A stretch of DNA of 61,511 nucleotides from Pseudacidobacterium sp. Its GTDB lineage: Bacteria; Acidobacteriota; Terriglobia; Terriglobales; Acidobacteriaceae. Position 1 is the first letter of the stretch. Each line of letters opens with the position of its first letter. The notes beneath the pieces were generated by a model. It searched no databases. It saw nothing but the letters and a program-made list of their open reading frames with translations, and was not told the DNA's origin. Of the stretch, positions 36,803 through 45,786 are shown piece after piece. The DNA lies in contig DATAQW010000424.1 in the NCBI GenBank assembly GCA_036264445.1, positions 1 through 61,511 of the forward strand, written 5' to 3'. The translations under genes were made by a program, and so were the position numbers.

Positions 36803-36952
36803 CCTCAGGGGCTAAAACCCCTGGGCATATACAAAGGGCGGAGTGAGGGCTAAAGTCCTCACCTGCCACGGTGAATAAAGAAAGACTGGCAGGCGCCGAC
36901 TTTAGTCCGCGCAATAACCCAGCGAATAGAAAAGTGGCTTTAGCCCCTGAAG
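36803..36952. repeat. Cluster of four REP-like GGCTAAAGCC-family hairpins
   Basis: Units at 36803-36821, 36843-36862, 36893-36912 and 36934-36952. The first two are inverted relative to the last two. Confidence 0.7.
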
Positions 36953-36994
36953 TAGCAACGCAACACCTTTTGAGGACAGTGAGGTAACAAGGAC

Positions 36995-37978
36995 ATGGCC
37001 ATGAAGTGTGATCTGGCTCAACAATACATCGCGCTGGCAGCTTACGGAGAGCTCTCCGATGACGCCAGCCACCAACTCGAGCAACACCTGAAGGACTGCG
37101 AAGCCTGCCGTCAGGAGATGGAAGCCGTCCGCGGCCTGCAGGCGGCGATGTCTCTCTATCCCGTCGAAGAGCCTTCCGCAAGTTTGCTTGCACGCGCCCG
37201 CATGCGCCTTGAAGAGGCGCTCGACAACATGCCGCACAGCAGCTGGCTTCAGCGGACAGCCCAGCTTTTTAGCCGCGGCATGGGCCGGTTGCGTTCTGCG
37301 CCTGTCATGGCCTCCCTGCTGCTGCTTATCGGCGTTTCGGTCGGTGGATACGGCGGCTATCGCGCCGGTCTTAAAGCTCATGCTGCAGAACTGTCGAGGC
37401 CAGCCGTGAACCTCAGCCAGCTCCCCGCTGCCACTGAGGACAATCCTACGCAAATCGCAAATGTGAGCAGCATTTCGCGTGATCCCAACTCGAACCTGGT
37501 AAAAGTCAGCTACAACAAGCTGGTTCCGGACACAATACAGGGTTCGCTCGACGACCCGCGTATCCGCCAGCTTCTGCTTCTGGCCACGCAGAACAACATC
37601 AATCCCGGCGTGCGCGATGACTCTGTGGGCTTATTAGCAAATGAATGCCGCTCCGGGCGTCAATGCGATGATGGACAGGTTTTGAATGCCCTTATGGTCG
37701 CTTTGCGCTACGACAAGAGCGCCAATGTCCGCCTGAAAGCCCTCGAAGGTCTGCAACCCTATGTTGCTGAAGATATGCGTGTGCGCGATGCCGTGCTTGA
37801 GTCGCTGATGAAGGACTCTGACCCGCGTGTGCGCACCCAGGCCATCAGCCTGATTGAGCCAGTCGAAGCGGATTCCAGCGTGCGCCAGGTGCTGCATACC
37901 GTCTCTATGCAGGACGACAGCCCGGAAATCCGCACCGCTTCACGGCAGGTTTTGCAACAGATGCCACAAGTGCAGTAA
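36995..37978 (+). CDS. Anti-sigma factor: zinc-finger (HxxxCxxC), TM helix and HEAT-repeat domain
   Basis: HLKDCEAC, TM VMASLLLLIGVSVGG, and repeats NPGVRDDSV, SANVRLKAL, DPRVRTQAI, SPEIRTAS. Confidence 0.88.
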   Translation: MAMKCDLAQQYIALAAYGELSDDASHQLEQHLKDCEACRQEMEAVRGLQAAMSLYPVEEPSASLLARARMRLEEALDNMPHSSWLQRTAQLFSRGMGRLRSAPVMASLLLLIGVSVGGYGGYRAGLKAHAAELSRPAVNLSQLPAATEDNPTQIANVSSISRDPNSNLVKVSYNKLVPDTIQGSLDDPRIRQLLLLATQNNINPGVRDDSVGLLANECRSGRQCDDGQVLNALMVALRYDKSANVRLKALEGLQPYVAEDMRVRDAVLESLMKDSDPRVRTQAISLIEPVEADSSVRQVLHTVSMQDDSPEIRTASRQVLQQMPQVQ

Positions 37979-38060
37979 TAAGTGCAATAATTCAACCGGT
38001 AACGTTTTCCACAGCTGAAAGTCTCACAAAGTAGAAAGTACAAAAACAGAGGCGGCACCT

Positions 38061-39134
38061 ATGAAACACACTTTGAGGCTGGGTTGGACGATTCTTGTGG
38101 CAGGAGTAACAACGCTCCTAATCAACTACCCATCGGGTTTGGCACAACCGGTCAGCATATTTACTGATACTCCGGCGTATCTCTCTCACAGTTCGCAGGG
38201 ATATCTCGGTATAGACATGCACGACATTGACAATGATCGCGCTACCGCTCTGAAACTTAAAGATGTGCATGGCGCGGAGATTGTGACCGTCGACCACGAC
38301 GCGCCCGCAAACAAGGCTGGCCTCAAGATTCACGACGTCATTCTTGAAATGAACGGCCAGCGCGTGGAAGGCGCAGAACAACTGCGCCGCATGTTGCGCG
38401 AAACTCCCGCCGGACACACCGTCCATTTCATTGTGAGCCGCGACGGGCAACAACAGAACATCTCTGTAGAACTCGCAGACCGTGCCAAGGTAGAAGCGAA
38501 CGCATGGTCGCAGCACTTTACGGTACCGGATCCCAGCGAAGCTCCAATCCTTGACGGTCTCGCAGCGCCGTCCTCTTCCCATGGATTCGGCAGCGGATTC
38601 CTTGGTGTCTTTGGCGCTAATAGTCTTTATGTAGGCGCAGACGTTGACGCAATCAGCACTCAATTGGCAAATTATTTTGGCGTTACCGATGGCGCAGGAT
38701 TGCTGGTAAGGAGTGTCGATGAAAACAGCCCCGCAGCCACTGCAGGACTGAAGGCTGGCGATGTCATCACCAAGGTAAACAACAACCGTCTGGCTACGCG
38801 TTCCGACTGGCTCAAAGCGCTGCACACTAACCGCGGCAAGCAGGTACAGCTTACCGTTATGCGCGACAAAAAAGAACAGAAGCTGAACATGCAGGCCGGC
38901 GAGCCGAAGAAAAAGGGCGAGTTGGATGTGCCCGGATTTTCCCCCGGGGACTTTGCTTCTCCTGAACTGCGCGCCCAGCTGGAAAGCAGCCTCGCCCTCA
39001 TGAAACAACAGGCTGCTGATGCTGAGAGGCTCTCTGAAAACATGCAGAAGCAGTTCAAGTCTAAGGAATTCCAGGAGATGCAGAAACAACTCGAAAAAAT
39101 GCAGGAAGATCTCCCGTTACATGAACTGAATTAG
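38061..39134 (+). CDS. Exported tandem-PDZ protein without protease domain
   Basis: GYLGID..PANKAGLKIHDVI and YVGADV..PAATAGLKAGDVI, plus a coiled-coil tail. Confidence 0.88.
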   Translation: MKHTLRLGWTILVAGVTTLLINYPSGLAQPVSIFTDTPAYLSHSSQGYLGIDMHDIDNDRATALKLKDVHGAEIVTVDHDAPANKAGLKIHDVILEMNGQRVEGAEQLRRMLRETPAGHTVHFIVSRDGQQQNISVELADRAKVEANAWSQHFTVPDPSEAPILDGLAAPSSSHGFGSGFLGVFGANSLYVGADVDAISTQLANYFGVTDGAGLLVRSVDENSPAATAGLKAGDVITKVNNNRLATRSDWLKALHTNRGKQVQLTVMRDKKEQKLNMQAGEPKKKGELDVPGFSPGDFASPELRAQLESSLALMKQQAADAERLSENMQKQFKSKEFQEMQKQLEKMQEDLPLHELN

Positions 39135-39280
39135 GCCGATGCCCCGGGTTTCGTAGGTTACTCCGCCATTCAAGAATGGTTCCGCTAAACCCTTTTCCAC
39201 TCCCATTCAACCCCAACAGTTCTCCGCTCCCCGAAGCCGGGTCGCGTTCAGCTATCTCTCTGTGTTTCAATAAGAAGAGC

Positions 39281-40306
39281 ATGCCCACAGCACGTCAGAA
39301 GAACCTGAAATACCGCTTCAAAGCGGCCGCCCGCCGAGTGCGTGAACTGTCTCTCGTGGGCCACGCGCTGCTCTCGACGAGGCATCCGGTGATGGCACAG
39401 ATTGTGCCTATGCGCCGCTGTAATCTGTCGTGCGCTTACTGCAACGAATACGACGAAGTCTCAAAGCCGGTGCCTGTTGATGAGATGCTGCGCCGCATCG
39501 ACCACCTGGCACGCCTCGGCACCAGTATCATTACCATCTCCGGCGGCGAGCCGCTGCTACATCCCGAACTCGACCAGATCATCGCCCGCATCCGGCACCA
39601 TGGCCGTCTCGCCGGCATGATCACCAACGGCTATCTGCTCGTGCCCGAGCGCATCGAGCGCCTGAACAAAGCGGGACTCGACCATCTGCAGATCTCTATC
39701 GATAATGTGCAACCGGACGAAATTTCAAAGAAGAGTCTCAAAGTCCTGGACAAAAAGCTCGAATGGCTCTCTGAATACGCCGACTTCCATATAAACATCA
39801 ACTCCGTGGTTGGTGGCGGCATCAAGAATCCACAGGACGCGCTCACTATTGGAAGACGCGCCGTCGGGTTAGGCTTTACCTCAACGATCGGCATCATCCA
39901 CGATGGCGACGGCCAGTTGAAGCCTTTGGGCGGCGAGGAGCGCAGCGTCTGGGACGAGATGCGCGGCTGGAAAAAGAAAAACTACTCCCAGTTCAACAAG
40001 TTTCAGGAAGCCATTGCCAATGCCCAACCGAATGACTGGCGCTGCCGAGCCGGATCGCGCTATCTCTACATCTGCGAAGACGGCCTTGTGCATTACTGCT
40101 CACAGCAGCGCGGATACCCTGGCGTGCCACTCGCCGAATACAAAAAGGCTGACCTGAAGCGCGAATTCCTGAACGAGAAAACCTGCGCGCCTCACTGCAC
40201 CATCAGCTGCGTGCATCAGGTTTCCTATATCGACCACTGGCGCGCTCCGCAGAGATCGACCACCACTCCGGGCAATGCTGCTGGGCTGGTGAATATCGAA
40301 CTCTGA
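39281..40306 (+). CDS. Radical SAM protein with Cys-rich C-terminal (twitch/SPASM-like) domain
   Basis: CNLSCAYC, SGGEPLLH and CRAG..YC..CAPHCTISC. Confidence 0.9.
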   Translation: MPTARQKNLKYRFKAAARRVRELSLVGHALLSTRHPVMAQIVPMRRCNLSCAYCNEYDEVSKPVPVDEMLRRIDHLARLGTSIITISGGEPLLHPELDQIIARIRHHGRLAGMITNGYLLVPERIERLNKAGLDHLQISIDNVQPDEISKKSLKVLDKKLEWLSEYADFHININSVVGGGIKNPQDALTIGRRAVGLGFTSTIGIIHDGDGQLKPLGGEERSVWDEMRGWKKKNYSQFNKFQEAIANAQPNDWRCRAGSRYLYICEDGLVHYCSQQRGYPGVPLAEYKKADLKREFLNEKTCAPHCTISCVHQVSYIDHWRAPQRSTTTPGNAAGLVNIEL

Positions 40307-40307
40307 T

Positions 40308-41519
40308 TTATTGAACCGGCGCAAGATTGACGACGCCAATCCGCACGGGCTCAAGCTTCGCCGGGTCCGCGATCTTGTCATTCTTATCATTGTCGATCTG
40401 GCTGTTCTCAATGAAATAAAACTGCGAGCCTTTGATGGCACCCGTTGTAGGAAGACTCACGAACGGCGACCGGTACTCCAGAATCTTCAGGTCTTTGGCG
40501 TGAAGACCATCCGGTGAAAGCGCAACCTGCACGATACGCGGCAGACCAATGCCGTTCTGCACGCCAACCAGATCGCCGTGGTACCAGTACAAGCCGTCAA
40601 ATCCAGCCAGCGTCTTCGACGGCCCAGGATTAATCTCTTGCGCCGTTTGTGTTTTCAAGTCATAGCGCAGCACGCCGAATGCATCTGCCACAAAGAGCAC
40701 GCTCTGATCGTCCGACTGCGTAATTCCATTGGGATAATAGAGTTTGCGCGGAAAGGCAAGCGCAGTGAATGTATGCGTCTTGCGGTCAAACCGATATGTC
40801 TGGTTCGCGAGACTGTCCGTCAGATAAATTTCCGAAGCGCCATTCAACACAAGATCATTGAACAGATGCTTTCCCGGAGCGGATGGCGGAAAATGCTCCA
40901 GCAATTTCCCATTTGCGTTGAAATGGTACAGTTCGCCATGTCCGCTGTCCTGGCAACCGGCTGCCCAGAGCGAATGGTCTTCGATATCTACCCTGAGACC
41001 ACATATCGGCAGCAGGTTTTCCTTTCCAGCGGGCACGAAGTCAGAACTGCGCTCATCCCCGTTAATCTTCACAATCTTGCGGCGAAAGAGGCTGCTGAGA
41101 TAGAAGACTTTCGTGTCCGCATCGTATGCCAGCCCTTCAGGAATCAGGTCTTTTTCAGGAACAATGAACGCTTCACGCGCGTTATGCACGGCTGGATATT
41201 GCTGCTCCGCATTGGCAATGAGGGCGCGAAACTCTGAATTCGAGTGCAGAGCCCGCAGCGCCGTGTCATCCTCAGGATTTATGCTCTCTCCTGCCGCCAT
41301 CGATTCTTTTAGCAAAGCAAAGGCTTTTGGCTGATAGCCAACCTGCGCGTAATCCTCGGCAAGAAAATAGAGAACCACTGCGCGGTCTGGAACTTTCGGC
41401 AGCATCGATTCGAGTACCGCAATCTCAGCTCGCGTCTTGTCCGCATCCTGAGCCTGAAGCATAAAGGAAAAAAAAGACAAGAAAGCACATCCCAATAGCC
41501 ACCTGTTCGCACGGATCAT
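40308..41519 (-). CDS. Exported SMP-30/gluconolactonase-like beta-propeller protein with helical N-domain
   Basis: PEGLAYD, FNDLV..YLTDS, PNGIT and DGLY motifs plus a signal peptide. Confidence 0.75.
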   Translation of the reverse strand: MIRANRWLLGCAFLSFFSFMLQAQDADKTRAEIAVLESMLPKVPDRAVVLYFLAEDYAQVGYQPKAFALLKESMAAGESINPEDDTALRALHSNSEFRALIANAEQQYPAVHNAREAFIVPEKDLIPEGLAYDADTKVFYLSSLFRRKIVKINGDERSSDFVPAGKENLLPICGLRVDIEDHSLWAAGCQDSGHGELYHFNANGKLLEHFPPSAPGKHLFNDLVLNGASEIYLTDSLANQTYRFDRKTHTFTALAFPRKLYYPNGITQSDDQSVLFVADAFGVLRYDLKTQTAQEINPGPSKTLAGFDGLYWYHGDLVGVQNGIGLPRIVQVALSPDGLHAKDLKILEYRSPFVSLPTTGAIKGSQFYFIENSQIDNDKNDKIADPAKLEPVRIGVVNLAPVQ

Positions 41520-41556
41520 AACGTTAGAAGTTTACGGCATGATTTCTTCCTCTGTC

Positions 41557-41583
41557 TGTCACAAGGCCGCAAGCTGTTTCGTC
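41557..41583 (+). promoter_or_regulatory. ECF41-type promoter TGTCACA-N16-CGTC
   Basis: Exact match to the ECF41 consensus, 21 nt upstream of the oxidoreductase ATG, in an operon with an ECF41 sigma factor. Confidence 0.85.
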
Positions 41584-41604
41584 TTGGCTGCGGAGGGAAA
41601 GGAT

Positions 41605-42801
41605 ATGGATTCCTATGTAGTGATTGGCGGCGGGTTGGCAGGACTGACAGCAGCAAATGCGCTTGCAGGAAACGGTAACAAGGTCACTCTGCTCGAACAA
41701 TCCCAGCATTTTGGCGGCCGCGCTCAAACCCAGCAACAGCACGGTTATTTCATGAACCTGGGACCGCACGCTCTCTATTGCGGCGGCGTAGCTATGCAGA
41801 CGTTCCGCGAGTGGAACATACCTTTCTCTGGGAATTTTCCGCCGCAGAGCGGACGCAATTACTTGGTGCGCGAAAACAAGCTCTATCCAGCGGTGCATGA
41901 TGTGCGCAGCCTAATGACCACGCGCCTGTTCAGCGTGCGTGAAAAGTTTGAGGCAGTGCGACTCTTCAGCCTGTTTACAGGAGGCCGTTCATCAGAAGGC
42001 GAAACCATGCGGCAATGGGTCGATCGCCATGCCCGGTCAGAACGGGTGCGCGAATTTGCCGCTACGATCACGCGCATTGCCACCTATACGACAGATCTTG
42101 AGCATCTGAGCGCAAAAGCTGCCCTGGAACAGCTCTCATTGGCAATCAAGCACAACGTCTGGTATCTCGATGGCGGATGGCAGACGTTGATTGACGGGCT
42201 GCTCAACCGCGCGATTTCACTTGGCGTTGAAATTTGCCATGAACATGTGGTTACGATGGATGCGCTGAAAGCAGATGGCATCGTGCTCGCCGTTGGACCC
42301 GCCAGCGTGGAGAAGCTGACAGGCATTCCTGTTCCACGCCAGCGGCCGCTGCGGATGGCCTCACTAAATATCGGCTTGAGAAAACTCTCGACTGAAGCTG
42401 CCCACGTTGCATTCGGGCTTGACCGACCTCTGTATTTTTCTGTGCATTCGGAATCGGTACGGCTCGCTCCGGAAGGCAAAGCGCTGGCTCATGTTGCCAA
42501 ATATCTGGGCGATTCCCAGCCCGATCCCAACGCCGTCCGCGAGGAATTAGAAGACTATGCTTCGCTCGTCATGCCACAGTGGCAACGTGAGGCAGAAGTG
42601 GTCCGCTTCCTGCCGAACCTCACCGTCACGCCCATGATGGCTGTCCCCGAGGGCCGTCCTGACGTGGATTTCCTGGGGCTTGAAAATATAACCGTTGCTG
42701 GTGACTGGGTCGGTACTGAAGGAATGCTGGCCGACGCTGCTGTGGCGAGCGCATTGAAAGCAGTAAGCGTGATACAACAGCGCAAGTTACAGGTTGCATA
42801 A
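41605..42801 (+). CDS. FAD-dependent oxidoreductase (phytoene desaturase/amine oxidase-like)
   Basis: VIGGGLAGL..E..GGRA, NLGPHALY and AGDWVG..GMLAD. Confidence 0.88.
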   Translation: MDSYVVIGGGLAGLTAANALAGNGNKVTLLEQSQHFGGRAQTQQQHGYFMNLGPHALYCGGVAMQTFREWNIPFSGNFPPQSGRNYLVRENKLYPAVHDVRSLMTTRLFSVREKFEAVRLFSLFTGGRSSEGETMRQWVDRHARSERVREFAATITRIATYTTDLEHLSAKAALEQLSLAIKHNVWYLDGGWQTLIDGLLNRAISLGVEICHEHVVTMDALKADGIVLAVGPASVEKLTGIPVPRQRPLRMASLNIGLRKLSTEAAHVAFGLDRPLYFSVHSESVRLAPEGKALAHVAKYLGDSQPDPNAVREELEDYASLVMPQWQREAEVVRFLPNLTVTPMMAVPEGRPDVDFLGLENITVAGDWVGTEGMLADAAVASALKAVSVIQQRKLQVA

Positions 42802-42803
42802 CT

Positions 42804-43667
42804 ATGGATCGCGAAGCCGCTTTTCTGGAGTTGAAACCCATGCTTTTTTCACTGGCCTATCGCATGCTGGGTGCACGAGCGGACGCGGAGGATGTGGTGC
42901 AGGAGACCTGGCTCCGCTGGCGCGAAGCCGCGGAGGATGAGATACGCTCACCACGGGCGTATCTCACAACGGTAACAGCGCGACTTTCTCTCGATGCGCT
43001 GAAATCTGCAAGGCGCAAACGCGAAGTTTATGTTGGCCCATGGCTTCCTGAGCCTCTGGTTGAGCCATCGGGGGCGCACTCGCTCGAAGTAGCTGAATCG
43101 CTCTCAGTCGCATTCTTGCATCTGTTAGAGTCGCTTTCGCCACCAGAGAGAATCGCTTTTCTTCTCTATGAAATTTTCGAGATGCCCTATCCGGAACTCG
43201 CGTCTGTCCTTGAGACCACTGACGCAAATTGCCGCCAGCTTGTTACACGTGCAAGAAAACACATTCAGCAGAAAAAGCGCCGTTTTTCGGTTGACCGGGA
43301 ACATCACCGTAATGTCCTCGAAAAATTTCTCTATGCCTGTGCTTCAGGAAATACCGCCCAGCTAACAAGCTTGTTACATCAGGATGTGGTCCTTTATTCC
43401 GATGGAGGCGGAAAAGTGCGCGCAGCCCTGAACCCGATCTTTGGGATCGACAAAGTCATACGGTTCTTCGCGGGAGTAATGAAGAAGAACGCGCTGCACG
43501 AATACTCTGCAAAACCTGCTGAGGTCAATGGCGAACCCGGTGCAGTTCTTTATACAGATGGGGACCTCACCCACGTTCTCAGCCTCGAACTGGATGAGTC
43601 AGGACGAATTGTGAATATATTTCTGATTGCAAATCCGGAAAAACTGCCGGAAAATGTTGCCCCATGA
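42804..43667 (+). CDS. ECF41 (SigJ-like) sigma factor with SnoaL-like extension
   Basis: YVGPWLPEP, DGGGK and NPEKL signature motifs. Confidence 0.93.
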   Translation: MDREAAFLELKPMLFSLAYRMLGARADAEDVVQETWLRWREAAEDEIRSPRAYLTTVTARLSLDALKSARRKREVYVGPWLPEPLVEPSGAHSLEVAESLSVAFLHLLESLSPPERIAFLLYEIFEMPYPELASVLETTDANCRQLVTRARKHIQQKKRRFSVDREHHRNVLEKFLYACASGNTAQLTSLLHQDVVLYSDGGGKVRAALNPIFGIDKVIRFFAGVMKKNALHEYSAKPAEVNGEPGAVLYTDGDLTHVLSLELDESGRIVNIFLIANPEKLPENVAP

Positions 43668-43712
43668 AAACAGGAAAAACAGCCGCCCGGATATCATAGA
43701 AGCATATCCTGC

Positions 43713-45029
43713 ATGGCCGACCAGCCTCCAAGTCCCCAGTTACCAGGTTCAGGTGCAGTAGCATTCCTGTCTCGCGATTTCCGCCGCTACCAGCTCGCAC
43801 GCGTGCTTGTCATCATCGGCGCCGAGGCGCAAACGCTCGCCATTGCATGGCTGGTTTACCAGCTCACGCACAGTGCGCTCTTTCTCGGTTACACCGGACT
43901 GGTGCTCTTCCTGCCCGGACTATTCTTTCTCCTGCCCGCCGGCCATGCCGCTGACCGCTTCGACCGCCGGCAGGTCATCATCGTCTGCTACAGTTTGCAG
44001 ATCTTCTGCACGCTTGCTTTGTTCCTCTTTGCATGGCACGGCCCGCACGCCGTCTGGCCAATCTATGCCGTGCTCTTCCTCGTTGGTACTGGACGCGCCT
44101 TCAGCGGACCCGCCAGCTCTGCATTGATTCCGCACCTTGTTCCCAAGGAACATTTCGTCAACGCCGTCACCTGGGGAGCGACCGCATTCCAGACCGCAAA
44201 CGTCGTTGGCCCATCGCTTGGCGGAATCCTCTACACGCTGCCACTGCACGGACGCATCGCCGGAGCAGCCATTGTCTTCATTTTCACGCTGGCAACGCTC
44301 GTGGCCTTTGTCTCGCTTATGCTCTCACTGCACGTGCGCCCGGGGCGTATGGAGCACCGCGCCATTTCAACCGAGGTCATTCTCGCCGGAATCCGCTACG
44401 TCTGGAAGACGCAGATTCTGCTTGGCTCCATTTCGCTCGATTTGTTTGCCGTGCTGTTAGGCGGCGCAGTGGCGCTGATGCCCATCTTTGCTAAAGAAAT
44501 CCTGCATGCAGGGCCGCGCGGACTCGGTCTCCTGCGCGCCGCTCCCGCTATTGGAGCACTGGCCGTCTCTATGTGGCTCACGTGGCGCCCGATTCAGCGC
44601 CGGGCAGGTGCAAAGATGTTCGTCTGTGTCGGCATCTTCGGCGCATCCACGGTGCTCTTCGGACTTTCGAAAAGCCTGCCGCTCTCGCTTATCGCGCTCT
44701 TTCTGGTCGGCGCATCTGACATGGTCAGTGTGGTCATCCGCTCCTCGGTCCTGCAGCTCGCTACACCCACTGAAATGCGCGGGCGCGTCAGTGCGGTGAA
44801 TTCTCTATTCGTCGGAGCATCGAACGAGTTAGGCGAATTCGAGAGCGGACTCACCGCCTCCTGGTGGGGAGCAGTACGCGCCGTAGTCATCGGCGGCATC
44901 GGCTCACTTGCGGTCACGGGCCTATGGAGCGTCTTCTTCCCGAATCTCCGCCGCGCCGACCAGCTCACCCCGGAAGCGCTTCTGCAATTCGAGGAGGAAC
45001 AATCAGCGGAGGAAGTCCGCCATCTGTAA
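43713..45029 (+). CDS. MFS transporter (EntS/H+ antiporter-like)
   Basis: About 12 TM segments, GHAADRFDRR, SLDLFAVLLGG and MRGRVSAV. Confidence 0.92.
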   Translation: MADQPPSPQLPGSGAVAFLSRDFRRYQLARVLVIIGAEAQTLAIAWLVYQLTHSALFLGYTGLVLFLPGLFFLLPAGHAADRFDRRQVIIVCYSLQIFCTLALFLFAWHGPHAVWPIYAVLFLVGTGRAFSGPASSALIPHLVPKEHFVNAVTWGATAFQTANVVGPSLGGILYTLPLHGRIAGAAIVFIFTLATLVAFVSLMLSLHVRPGRMEHRAISTEVILAGIRYVWKTQILLGSISLDLFAVLLGGAVALMPIFAKEILHAGPRGLGLLRAAPAIGALAVSMWLTWRPIQRRAGAKMFVCVGIFGASTVLFGLSKSLPLSLIALFLVGASDMVSVVIRSSVLQLATPTEMRGRVSAVNSLFVGASNELGEFESGLTASWWGAVRAVVIGGIGSLAVTGLWSVFFPNLRRADQLTPEALLQFEEEQSAEEVRHL

Positions 45030-45032
45030 TTA

Positions 45033-45099
45033 GTTTTGAAGGGGACATGGCTTTAGCCGTGCCATAAAGACATGAGATATGCGGCTTTAGCCGCTGAGG
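45033..45099. repeat. Two REP-like GGCTTTAGCC hairpins
   Basis: GAAGGGGACATGGCTTTAGCCGTGCC and GCGGCTTTAGCCGCTGAGG. Confidence 0.7.
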
Positions 45100-45177
45100 C
45101 ACTTTTGTACTGCTTAAATCAGGAATCCCCAGTAAAACATTCCGTATCCAACGATCCATAAAAGGAATCAGAAAATT

Positions 45178-45726
45178 ATGGCGCTCGAATTCACAACCTC
45201 TTATGCAACCGATTCGGTGGCAATTTTCCGCCAGTACAAGAAACTCGCTGAGTCCGCGATGGCCCAGCTCAGCGACGAGCAGTTACTGGCCGCCATTGAT
45301 CCTGAGAGCAACTCCATCGCCATTATCGTGAAGCACATGGCGGGGAACATGCGCTCGCGCTGGACAGACTTCCTGACCACCGACGGCGAGAAACCCACGC
45401 GCAATCGTGACACCGAATTCGAAGAACCGCCGGCCACGCGCGCCGGGCTGATGGAAATTTGGGAAGACGGCTGGAATTGCCTCTTGGGCACACTCTCGGA
45501 ACTTACGGATGCAGAGCTGACCCGTACCGTCACTATCCGCGGCGAAGCACACTCCGTGATGCAGGCCATCAACCGTCAGGTGGCGCATTACTCCTATCAC
45601 TGCGGACAGATCGTTTTCCTCGCCAAGCATCTGAAATTGACGGATTGGAAGTGCCTGAGTGTCCCCCGTCATAAGTCCGCTGAATTTAATCAGAGAGTGC
45701 TTTCCGGCCAGGCAAGCCAGAGGTAA
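45178..45726 (+). CDS. DUF1572 / DinB-like protein
   Basis: SNSIAIIVKHMAGNMRSRWTDF, RNRDTEF and HYSYHCGQIV. Confidence 0.88.
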   Translation: MALEFTTSYATDSVAIFRQYKKLAESAMAQLSDEQLLAAIDPESNSIAIIVKHMAGNMRSRWTDFLTTDGEKPTRNRDTEFEEPPATRAGLMEIWEDGWNCLLGTLSELTDAELTRTVTIRGEAHSVMQAINRQVAHYSYHCGQIVFLAKHLKLTDWKCLSVPRHKSAEFNQRVLSGQASQR

Positions 45727-45786
45727 GCACGTCCGAGCCCGGAATCTATTTCAAAACGCACAAAAATGAGGCAAGGATGGACTTGC

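Noticed and set aside
36803-36952. Possible CRISPR mini-array
   Set aside because: Units are degenerate, inverted and unevenly spaced, and no cas genes are present. REP-like is the better fit.
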